Translations under genes and position numbers: made by a program
Notes under the pieces: generated by a model
What the model saw: only the letters and a program-made list of their open reading frames with translations
Databases searched by the model: none
What the model was told of the DNA's origin: nothing
NCBI GenBank assembly: GCA_016840165.1
Contig: JAEOSU010000024.1
Location: forward strand, 1-33,080
DNA length: 33,080 nucleotides
Source: Promethearchaeota archaeon
GTDB lineage: Archaea; Asgardarchaeota; Lokiarchaeia; Sigyniarchaeales; SOKP01
Direction: 5' to 3'
Part shown: in pieces, positions 7,731-16,315 of the stretch
Layout: each line of letters starts with the position of its first letter
Numbering within the stretch: the stretch's first letter is position 1

Positions 7731-10022
7731 ATGGTGAAAGTTAAAAACCCTGAGGACATCGTCCGGATGGTTACCAGCAAAAACTATGCGAAAAAGAGAA
7801 TTTTTTCGATTGTTGCACATATTGATCACGGTAAAACAACCGCATCCGACTATCTATTACGAAGAGCAGGTCTGATGCGGGAAGAGGATGCAGGACAGCT
7901 CCAAATGACCGATTCAGATTTAGAATAAGAATTACTTCTTCTACTGAAAGACGAGGAGCAAGAAAGAGGTATTACTATATTTACAAGTGTTGTACTCTTG
8001 TCGTTTAATGATCCTCGAGTACCTGATGATAAAGAACCATATATCTTTCAAATTAATGACACTCCAGGACATATCTCGTTTACAGGAGAAGTTTCCCGTG
8101 CTTTAAGAGGTTCTGATGGAGCAATTATCCTTGTTGATGCGTTAGAGGGAGTTATGACCCAGACTGAAACCAACATTCGGTTAGCTGTGGGCAAGGAACT
8201 CTGTAAACCGGTTTTATTCATTAATAAGGTTGATCGTTTGATTAGTGAGCTGAAATTAAGTCCAAAAGATACCTATGCCAAGATTGATGAGATTACGAAA
8301 CAAGTAAATGAATTAATCAAAAAAGTTAGACCTGAAGGAGAGGACTTTAGCGATTGGGGAGTAGATTTCGCTAAGAATAGTGTTGCCGTTGGCTCTGCGA
8401 AACATGGGTGGGGCTTTACTTATCAGATATTAAAAGATAAAGGACTAACTCCTTTAACTGTGTTTGAAAAGTACACCGAAGGCGATATCAATTGGTTGCG
8501 AGAAAACCTTCCGCTTGACGAACCAATGTTAAGAATGGTTGTTGATCATTTACCTGATCCTGTAACTGCAGCAAAATATAGACTACCCCATATCTGGGGC
8601 GGCGACTTGAATTCTGAGTTAGGAAAAGCGTTACAAAAAAGTGATCCCAAAGGACCTCTCTATGGGATGATTACAAAAATATTTTTAGACCCTAAAAGGA
8701 ATTATCAACCCACACTTATCGGAAGAGTATTTTCTGGAACGTTTGATCAATCAGATACCGTTTATTTAATAACTGGTCATGAAAAGCAGCGAGTAAAACG
8801 ATTAGGAGTTATGGAGATCACTGATATTTTAGATATACCCCAAGTACCTGCGGGAAATTTATTTGCTTTATACGGATTCATGTGTCCCTCAGGAGAAACA
8901 TTTATGTCTGCTGAAGATTTACCCAAAGAAAAGGAAGAAATAGACAGACTTCCTTCCTTCGAAAAGATAAGTTATGCTTGTGAAGCGGTAGTATCAAGAA
9001 GTATTAAACCCCATGATCCTCAAGATTTAGCCAAACTCGGAGATGTCGTCCAAAGATGGATTCAAGCTGATCCTACTGCAGAATTCCGTCGTAATGTTGA
9101 ATCGGGTGAGTATATTTTAAGTGGAATTGATCCATTACAAATCGAGATCTTAGTTAAACGTATTAATAACTTAGTAAAAATTGATGTTGGAGAGCCAATC
9201 ATTGTTTATCGAGAAAAAATCAATAAGAGAAGTAAAGAAATTTATACTAAATCTACAAATACACATAACCGGATATTACTCTACGTAGAGCCTGTGGATG
9301 AAAAAACTCATAAATTATTGGAATCTGGGAAGATAACACAGTACATGAATGAAAAAGATCGTGCAGTTTTATTTAGAGAAGAAGCAGGTTGGGATGCCAA
9401 GGAAGCCAGAAGAATAATTGATATTTATAATGGCAATCTATTGGTTAACGGAGCCTCTGGATTACAAAGGTTTGACCGCATTAAAAATGATCTTATTAGT
9501 GCGTATAGAGATTGGGTCAGTGAATGCATCATTGCAAAGGAACCTGCCATGGGCATTAAAGCAACATTTACAGATTTAGTGATTCATGAAGATCCCAGAC
9601 ATACGCAATACGCTCAAACTGCCAGTATGACTTTCTCAGCACTCTCCATTGCTACGCTGCAAGCTGACGCTCATTTATATGAACCAATACAAAAAATTGA
9701 TGTGAAGACACCTCAAGGCACTGAAGGTGGAGTGTTAGCAATTATAAATAAACATCGTGGCCAAGTTAATAACGTTATTCCTGAAGGTGAATATGTAAGA
9801 GTACAAGGACAACTTCCAGCAGCAGAACTCATCGGTATTGCGGATGAAATTCGTGGTACAACTCAAGGAAGAGCTTTTTTTGGGTATGAATTTAAAGGGT
9901 TTGAAAAAGTCCCGGCAAGTTTAGAAGAGGATTTAATATTGGAAATACGTAGGAGAAAAGGAATGCCAGAAACGATGCCATCCGCAGATAGTTGGTTGCG
10001 TTTCTTGTATAAAAAGACTTAA
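7731..10022 (+). CDS. fusA: Elongation factor 2 (EF-2 or paralog), join(7731..7919,7950..10022), 753 aa after removing a 30-nt intron
   Basis: ORFs 7731..7928 and 7998..10022 are in the same frame. G1 AHIDHGKTT is in exon 1; EEQERGIT (7953..7976), DTPGH and NKVD are in exon 2; C-terminal EPIQK..., RGTTQGRA, IRRRKG are intact. Confidence 0.92.
7920..7949 (+). other. Putative 30-nt BHB-type pre-mRNA intron in EF-2
   Basis: Central helix TCAG 7914..7917 / CTGA 7944..7947; 3-nt bulges ATT 7918..7920 and AAG 7948..7950; intron stem TAGAAtAAG 7921..7929 / CTTcTTCTA 7935..7943. Cutting after the 2nd nt of each bulge removes 7920..7949 and restores the EF-2 consensus spacing. Confidence 0.85.
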
Positions 10023-10062
10023 TTTTCTCTTCTTTTGTAATATTTTATATATCTTATTTTTT
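10023..10062 (+). terminator. Possible archaeal oligo-T terminator after EF-2
   Basis: T-rich tracts (ttttctcttcttttgt...tttttt) just after the stop codon. The genome is AT-rich, so this is weak. Confidence 0.35.
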
Positions 10063-10195
10063 AAATTCTAATCTAATCCAAAGTATTTTCTAGTTCAATT
10101 TTTATCTGTTTAAATATTAAAATTTAAAGAATTGATTAGTTATTATTAATATTAGAGAATATAAAATAGAAGAAAATGACCTAATATAATCAACT

Positions 10196-11104
10196 ATGTC
10201 TGAAGAACCAGAAGAATCACAACCTAGTAATGCAGGAGACTCTTTAAAAGAGAAGGAGGGCTCTGAGAATAATGATCTCGAAACTTATATGAAGGAAATT
10301 CAAAATCTTGAGACTGATTTCTCTGATCTGGATGAGCTAGATATGGAAGAGATATTAGAAATGCAAGAAGCGATAGCACAAGTTCGAGAGAGTGAAAAGT
10401 CTGATTCTATGAATAAAAAAGCAGATAATTATCTTCAAACAGATTCATTTGATTTATCACAAGAAAAAGCAGATTATTTATCCCAAAGGAAAACGATGAC
10501 CGCCGATTTTTCCGATCTTGAAGAGATTGATTTAGATGAATTAAAAGAGATGCAAGAAGCGATTGAAGAGGTTAAAGAAGAAGAACGATTACACACTGAA
10601 GACGAGGAAGGAGTAGTAGAACCAGTTGTTGGCATTAGTAGTGAGCTTGAAGACCGCATTAAACAAGAACTTTTAGAAAGAAAGAGGGTTGAAAAAAAAG
10701 AAATAATCACCCCTGAGTTATTTTTTGATTATATCAAGGATAAAAGGAATAAGATTTGGTATCACGCCTTATATTATATTCTATTTAATACTGAGGATTT
10801 CACTGCAAGTAAAGAATTATTATATGAAATGTTAAAGGAAGTCACCAGCAAAAGTCCTATTGATCCTATCCCTGAACATCAATTTTATTTTGGATTAGGT
10901 TATCTTTTAAAGCTCAGCTTAAATGATAGAAAAATTATTCGATATTATAAAGGTGGTAAGTTTAAGATCAATACTTCAGCAGAAGAATTGCAGGAAATCT
11001 TTACCGAAGCTGGAGAGCCAATTAGCACACGACCAATTATTAAAGAAGAAGAAAAGAAAAAAATGTTTAAGGATTTCTTAGAAGATGATTTTCAAGATAT
11101 ATAG
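10196..11104 (+). CDS. Hypothetical protein with an acidic repeated N-terminal region and a possible winged-helix-like C-terminal domain
   Basis: 302-aa ORF with two copies of DFSDL.E.D..E..EMQEAI..V spaced 63 aa apart. Confidence 0.8.
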   Translation: MSEEPEESQPSNAGDSLKEKEGSENNDLETYMKEIQNLETDFSDLDELDMEEILEMQEAIAQVRESEKSDSMNKKADNYLQTDSFDLSQEKADYLSQRKTMTADFSDLEEIDLDELKEMQEAIEEVKEEERLHTEDEEGVVEPVVGISSELEDRIKQELLERKRVEKKEIITPELFFDYIKDKRNKIWYHALYYILFNTEDFTASKELLYEMLKEVTSKSPIDPIPEHQFYFGLGYLLKLSLNDRKIIRYYKGGKFKINTSAEELQEIFTEAGEPISTRPIIKEEEKKKMFKDFLEDDFQDI

Positions 11105-11114
11105 CAAAATTGTT

Positions 11115-11612
11115 TTATTGTACTAGTTTTGAACCACATTTTTTGCAATAACTACTTGATTTCTCATTTGGTTGGCCACATTGAGGGCAGTAAGTAATAG
11201 ATTCTTGAGTTGATTGTATCCAATCTATCGCTTTAATACCTCTAAATGTATTTAAATAAGAAGGATCTTGACTTCGAATCAATTTCATCGGGGAACATCC
11301 AATTTCTAATGCCCATTTTTTCATAATGCCCTGAGGTTTTAACCATTGCATTCCATAACCGAACTGAAGGCTCACTTCTACACTTACATAAGTCACCGCT
11401 TCTTGAGGATTATAGCCAATATTCATAATATATGTTTCACCATAGGACATCGCAGAAATATCACGTTTGATGACCAAATTATAAAATAAATTATTTTCTG
11501 ACTGTTGTTTTTGAGTGATAGATCCCCGATTTTCTTTCCAAAAGTTTAATGTCCTTTCTAATACATTTTCCAGAGGTAAATTAACTTTATAAAATCCAAA
11601 TTTATGACCCAT
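11115..11612 (-). CDS. Zinc-ribbon domain protein
   Basis: C-terminal YCPQCGQPNEKSSSYCKKCG. Start placed at ATG 11612 (TTG 11621 also possible). Confidence 0.8.
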   Translation of the reverse strand: MGHKFGFYKVNLPLENVLERTLNFWKENRGSITQKQQSENNLFYNLVIKRDISAMSYGETYIMNIGYNPQEAVTYVSVEVSLQFGYGMQWLKPQGIMKKWALEIGCSPMKLIRSQDPSYLNTFRGIKAIDWIQSTQESITYCPQCGQPNEKSSSYCKKCGSKLVQ

Positions 11613-11703
11613 ATCTTCCAACCATGAGTAAAAAAGATTAATGAAATAATATTATATCCCTAATAAAGTCTAGATTAAAAAATCTTAGTGTCATATCTAT
11701 TTT

Positions 11704-12342
11704 ATGCAAGAAAAACCCATTTTACTAATAATTGGAAATTCTAATGTGGGTAAAAGTTCAATTACTCGCCTATTAGTTCCAAACCCCAAGTTGCTTAAAG
11801 GGAAAACTGGAAAAAAGCCAGGAAGTACATTATTAATTAGATCAATTTTCCAACCAAATATGCAATATCAAATCGTTGACCTACCGGGATTTGGTTATAT
11901 AAAACATTCTAGTAAAAGACGTGAAGAACATATTAAACGTAGAATCATAGGCTATATAGAAAAGCACCATCAGGATTGTTTTCTTGCCCTCATAATCATT
12001 AATATTTTGCGAATTGAAGATGAAATTCAAAAATATTATATTGATAATCAAACAACTATTCCCCTAAGTTTTGAATTAATTAATTTCTTAAGAGAACTTA
12101 GTCTTCCAATTCTAATTGTAATAAATAAAATCGACAAGGTCTCTAATTTAGATAAAAAGAAAAGTATTTTACTCTTTTTAGAGACCTCCAGAGATTATAA
12201 CATACCTCTCTCTGAGTTTAAAAATATTACTGATCTTTCCATTAATTTTATTAATTATATAGAGTTTTCAGCCCTAAAAAAGACTAATCTCCATGATTTA
12301 AAAAAAATAATAAAATATTTTCTAATTACAAGGGATTCCTAG
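11704..12342 (+). CDS. engB: EngB/YihA/YsxC family GTP-binding protein
   Basis: GNSNVGKSS (G1), KPGST, VDLPGFG (G3), NKID (G4), SALKK. Confidence 0.85.
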   Translation: MQEKPILLIIGNSNVGKSSITRLLVPNPKLLKGKTGKKPGSTLLIRSIFQPNMQYQIVDLPGFGYIKHSSKRREEHIKRRIIGYIEKHHQDCFLALIIINILRIEDEIQKYYIDNQTTIPLSFELINFLRELSLPILIVINKIDKVSNLDKKKSILLFLETSRDYNIPLSEFKNITDLSINFINYIEFSALKKTNLHDLKKIIKYFLITRDS

Positions 12343-12805
12343 TTATAGCTTTTTTTAATAATCCATAAACTAAATTTAAGCGTGGAACTCTTTTCTTATA
12401 TACGGAATAATCATTACCGAATTTTTGAATCAATCTTTTATCCAAGAGAAAAGTCTCACCATAGACAAAGCTACTAGCAAGAATCCCCAAAAACACTATT
12501 AACCAATGCTGTGACATTAATGCTAAGGATAAACTTAATAATATCCACGATAACCAATACGGATGTCGTATTACACTATAAATACCGGTAGTAACCAATT
12601 TTGTTGTGCTCAAAAAACTTTTTCCCTTTTCTGATCCCCCTTTCTTTTTAAATTCATTGCGAGGTAAAGCCCCAATTATTAAAAATAGAACTAAAAGTCC
12701 CCAACCAACTAAATTAATTATAATTAATTGGTAGTAATTATAAAAAAAGAATATTAGAACAGCTTGCAGAAGAATTGCGCTTCCATATACCAATCCTGGT
12801 AGCAT
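12326..12805 (-). CDS. ICMT/PEMT-family membrane methyltransferase
   Basis: LVTTGIYSVIRHPYW and L.QKFG.DY..YKKRVPR motifs plus several hydrophobic helices. The true start may be upstream (see findings). Confidence 0.85.
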   Translation of the reverse strand: MLPGLVYGSAILLQAVLIFFFYNYYQLIIINLVGWGLLVLFLIIGALPRNEFKKKGGSEKGKSFLSTTKLVTTGIYSVIRHPYWLSWILLSLSLALMSQHWLIVFLGILASSFVYGETFLLDKRLIQKFGNDYSVYKKRVPRLNLVYGLLKKAITRNPL

Positions 12806-13041
12806 AGATTGTAAGCTATATCCTTTTCGATCACTCTTTTCATTTTTTACCTCTGAAGGAATATCTTCTCACCATTATTAAATATATGATATTCTAAAAT
12901 TGCTAACAAGTGTTACTATTGCAATTTCTATTAAGTGATATTATTAAGGTTAAATATTTAAATAATTAAGAGTCCATCGTTTCTTCAATTATTAATTTAA
13001 ATTTTGAAAATGAATCCAATCAAGGTTTTTCGGATGTAAAA

Positions 13042-14331
13042 TTAAGGTTGAGTTATTTTAGGGTTTGTATTTTTGTCCCAATTCACTGCAAATAAGAAAT
13101 CTCGGCTTGCTTCATTAGTATAAATTAATGAAAAGTTCCCAATTTCTTCAAATTTCAATGCAATCTTCTCTAAATAGTCATAATCAGGGAAATAATATTG
13201 TAGGGGTTTCTTTTCTTTCATTCTCTCACTAATAAGAAGTGCTTTTGCTTGAAGTGTAAAACCTTTTATTTCAAAGAAATGTGGATTCGCTTTTTCAACG
13301 AGATTTACATATTCTCTTATCAATTCTTCATTTATATTCAAATTTTTTACCGCAGTTAATCTTACAAGAGTTCGGCAAGAAAGAGAGTCTAATAAATCAA
13401 GTGTTTCTATAAGATTTTGCCATCCATGTTTTACCATTGGGCGGCATACTTTTTTATAAAGATTTTCATTCGGAGCGGGAAGAGTCACATAAAGCTGCGA
13501 TGGAAGAGAATCCATATTGTTTATTACTTTTGGTAAGGTACCATTAGATACAATAAAGGTAGTCATATCTCTATTTCTAAATTCCTCAACCAAACCGCTT
13601 ATGTTAGGATATAATAATGGTTCTCCATCAAGCGAGATAGCAGCGTGGTTTGGATTCATTGCCTCGCCATGAGCTTGCATTATCTCGTCAGGTGTCGTCA
13701 ATTCTCTTTGAATTAAAGTCTCAACTTCTTCTCGGGAATCAATACAACAAGAAATTTCATTGTCAACTCTATAGTTTCTAAGTGAATTGTCACTAGCAGT
13801 TAAAAACTGCTGATTCTTGAGGAGATTAAAAGCACGCTCAATTTTGTTTTTACTTACATGGAGGGTTTTAGGAAGTGAATTAATGTTTTCAGTATTGTTA
13901 TGAAGAAGCATGTAATTTAAAATATCTAGCATTATCTCATAATTATCTAAGTATCTTCTTAGTGGTAAATGATTTTCAATAATATCTCGATGGTGACGGA
14001 ACATCTCATCTACTAATTCTTTTGGTTCATCAGGTTCCACCGAAAAATCACCTCCTAAGCTGCCTAATTCAATATCCCTCCAGCAAAATACGCATTGATG
14101 ATTACAAAATGGCATAGAAGGAGAGTTTTGTAAACACCTATGGCTTTGAATACCAAAAACTCCTTTATAACAATTACGATTATCCCTTCCAGTCATTAAC
14201 TTTTGTTCAAGCCAATGGCAAGGTTTAATAGCAGAATGTTTATTATTACCGACGATTCGATAGGTTGTTTTGGTATATGCCTCAACAAATTCATTCGTAA
14301 TTTTATTATCAACGATATATCTATTCTTCAT
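13042..14331 (-). CDS. taw1: Radical SAM 4-demethylwyosine synthase Taw1/TYW1, with an internal insertion
   Basis: HSAIKPCHW, CYK..FGIQSHRCLQ, CNHQCVFCWR (CxxxCxxC), HAAISLDGEP.LYP, TFIVSNGT.P, PSQLYVTL, RTLVRLT, EIKGF. Confidence 0.93.
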   Translation of the reverse strand: MKNRYIVDNKITNEFVEAYTKTTYRIVGNNKHSAIKPCHWLEQKLMTGRDNRNCYKGVFGIQSHRCLQNSPSMPFCNHQCVFCWRDIELGSLGGDFSVEPDEPKELVDEMFRHHRDIIENHLPLRRYLDNYEIMLDILNYMLLHNNTENINSLPKTLHVSKNKIERAFNLLKNQQFLTASDNSLRNYRVDNEISCCIDSREEVETLIQRELTTPDEIMQAHGEAMNPNHAAISLDGEPLLYPNISGLVEEFRNRDMTTFIVSNGTLPKVINNMDSLPSQLYVTLPAPNENLYKKVCRPMVKHGWQNLIETLDLLDSLSCRTLVRLTAVKNLNINEELIREYVNLVEKANPHFFEIKGFTLQAKALLISERMKEKKPLQYYFPDYDYLEKIALKFEEIGNFSLIYTNEASRDFLFAVNWDKNTNPKITQP

Positions 14332-14490
14332 AACAGTACTCTACTTGATTGTTCGAATATTACACTAACCTATAATTATAGATAAATGTATTTTATTAAA
14401 GTATTAAAAATTATTATTAACAATTATAAGTCAGATAATAATTAGAGACCTACTTATAAATTATAATTGAAGAGAAATAATTGATTAATT

Positions 14491-15369
14491 ATGCTAAACA
14501 AGATTAAAAGTGAACTTCTTAATTTTGGATTAAAGTTTATTAATGTTGATGAAAAAATCGTGAGGATGGTATTAGAGACATCCTCTAATAATATTAACGA
14601 AATTGTCTTATTACCCGCAATCAAGATGGTAATGAAAAAACTAGTTAATAAATTATCTCAAAAAATTGTATATGGGCGTGTTTATAACGGTAAACTGAAT
14701 GGAATCCGAGTAAGTATTATTCAAACCCAGATTGGTTGTCCTAATGCGGCTTTAGTTATGGAATGTCTAAAAAGATCTAAAGCGAAAGTTGTTGTTCGGG
14801 TTGATTTTTGTGGAGGTGTTTCAACTACTGAAAGTCCGGTTGAAATCGGAGACGTCATAATTCCCAATCTAGTGTATTGCGATGATGGGACAAGCCCTCA
14901 ATACATCAGGACTAATCCTTCATTAGCTAATCAAATTGAAACAATTAAAAATCCCTTGATAGCCTCCCAGAACATGATCACGGGAAATCATAACGTAGGT
15001 ATAGTAAAATCTAATGACATATTAAGTGAAATCTTGAAAAAAGAAGCTGCTGATATAGCGGGTGGAAAAGGTAAAACAGGAAAGCTTTGGACGACTGATG
15101 CATTATTCTGTGAAGATTTTGAATTCGTACGAGGTCTCCAAACCTTAAATATCAGTGGAATAGATATGGAATCCTCCGTTATCTTCTTGCTTGGGATGTT
15201 ATATAATCTCAAAAGTGCTGCGATCCTTTCGGTTTCAGACCTTCCTGGACATCCAAAATATGATCTACTTAACTCCAATGAGATTCATCCAAATATGGAA
15301 AAAGGAATAAATGATGCGATTAATATTTTAATCAAATCCTTACCAAAAATAAAATCTATTATAAAATAG
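14491..15369 (+). CDS. Nucleoside phosphorylase (PNP/UDP family)
   Basis: IGCPNAALVME, RVDFCGG, IGDVIIP, WTTDALF, GIDMESS, LSVSD. Confidence 0.85.
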   Translation: MLNKIKSELLNFGLKFINVDEKIVRMVLETSSNNINEIVLLPAIKMVMKKLVNKLSQKIVYGRVYNGKLNGIRVSIIQTQIGCPNAALVMECLKRSKAKVVVRVDFCGGVSTTESPVEIGDVIIPNLVYCDDGTSPQYIRTNPSLANQIETIKNPLIASQNMITGNHNVGIVKSNDILSEILKKEAADIAGGKGKTGKLWTTDALFCEDFEFVRGLQTLNISGIDMESSVIFLLGMLYNLKSAAILSVSDLPGHPKYDLLNSNEIHPNMEKGINDAINILIKSLPKIKSIIK

Positions 15370-15386
15370 TATTCTAATATTAATTA

Positions 15387-16286
15387 TTATAATCCTTTAA
15401 GAATATCAGAAAAATCGGGTTCTTTAAAGAACTCATTATATTGTTTTAATAATTCCACATTAACCAAATGTATAGTCTCCCCATTTTTATTTTTTGCACT
15501 TCTTACTAAATCTAAAGATTTGAGCTTTTTTATGTGATATTGAATTGTACCAGAATACACATCCAATTCATCTCCTATTTTCGAGATAGGAATGGACTCT
15601 TCTTTGAACAATTCAATTAAAATTTTGGGGATAAGTGGATTAGAAAAAATCACTTTATATTTATCATAATCCTCAGGAACATCTGTCAGAAAATAATGAA
15701 GAGATTTTCCTATTTTTTTTGATCGGATTAATTTAAATCGTTCTAAAGTCATAATATGTTTTAGGAAGGGTGTACGAGTAATACCAAGAATTTCTTCCAC
15801 CTTATCATCTCGGGCATGAACCCCTGGATTTTCTTTAATAAACTCAAGAATTGCAACTAGTTTCTCATTTTGTAATATTTCAAGTTTAGTTCGCCTCTCA
15901 TTAGTCACAATCCAATTTTTCTCTTCTAATCCCCTAATGGCTAAGAAAAGTTCTTCCTTGCTATATCCTTTTTTATAAGCTAATTTAGCAATACATTTTG
16001 CATATAATTTCTCAATTATCGGAAATTTCTGGAATTCTGCTTGAGTTTCAACATCTAAATCAAATTCTGCATCATATCTTTTTAGCTTCAAGATATCTTC
16101 AGCAATTTCTAAGACATCTCTTTCAATTATTGTCAATTCATCCAAAACTTCACTAATTTCAGGTTCCTCTTCTCGTTTCTTTTCTTTTCTGCCGATCGGA
16201 GTGAAATCTAAACGCCTAAATTGACTTTCCTCTAACATATTTTCACCTTGAGAATTTTCTGTTTCTCTTCTTTTTTCTAATGACAT
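15387..16286 (-). CDS. Winged helix-turn-helix transcriptional regulator with tandem wHTH domains
   Basis: ILEFIKENPGVH...HIMTLERFKLIRSKKIG and ISKIGDELDVYSGTIQYHIKKLKSLDLV. Confidence 0.8.
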   Translation of the reverse strand: MSLEKRRETENSQGENMLEESQFRRLDFTPIGRKEKKREEEPEISEVLDELTIIERDVLEIAEDILKLKRYDAEFDLDVETQAEFQKFPIIEKLYAKCIAKLAYKKGYSKEELFLAIRGLEEKNWIVTNERRTKLEILQNEKLVAILEFIKENPGVHARDDKVEEILGITRTPFLKHIMTLERFKLIRSKKIGKSLHYFLTDVPEDYDKYKVIFSNPLIPKILIELFKEESIPISKIGDELDVYSGTIQYHIKKLKSLDLVRSAKNKNGETIHLVNVELLKQYNEFFKEPDFSDILKGL

Positions 16287-16315
16287 TTTTATGGCAGATT
16301 TCTTTTATTTAATAT

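Noticed and set aside
7926-7928. Selenocysteine or pyrrolysine recoding, readthrough or frameshift
   Set aside because: The codon is TAA, not TGA or TAG; TAA ends many genes here; no frame change is needed; and readthrough would leave 10 extra residues in switch I.
7920-7949. Spliceosomal, group I/II intron, intein or transposon footprint
   Set aside because: No GT...AG ends, far too short for a ribozyme or intein, contains a stop codon, and has no clear target-site duplication.
7731-10022. Two separate genes (65 aa and 674 aa), or an EF-2 pseudogene
   Set aside because: Both parts are in one frame, the conserved EEQERGIT lies between them, there are no other lesions, and the single insert has BHB geometry that restores the consensus. 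A pseudogene is not formally excluded without RNA data.
11704-12805. ICMT-family gene next to a GTPase as a eukaryote-like prenylation module
   Set aside because: The GTPase is EngB-type, the genes are convergent, neither GTPase ends in CaaX, and ICMT/PEMT-family proteins are common in prokaryotes.
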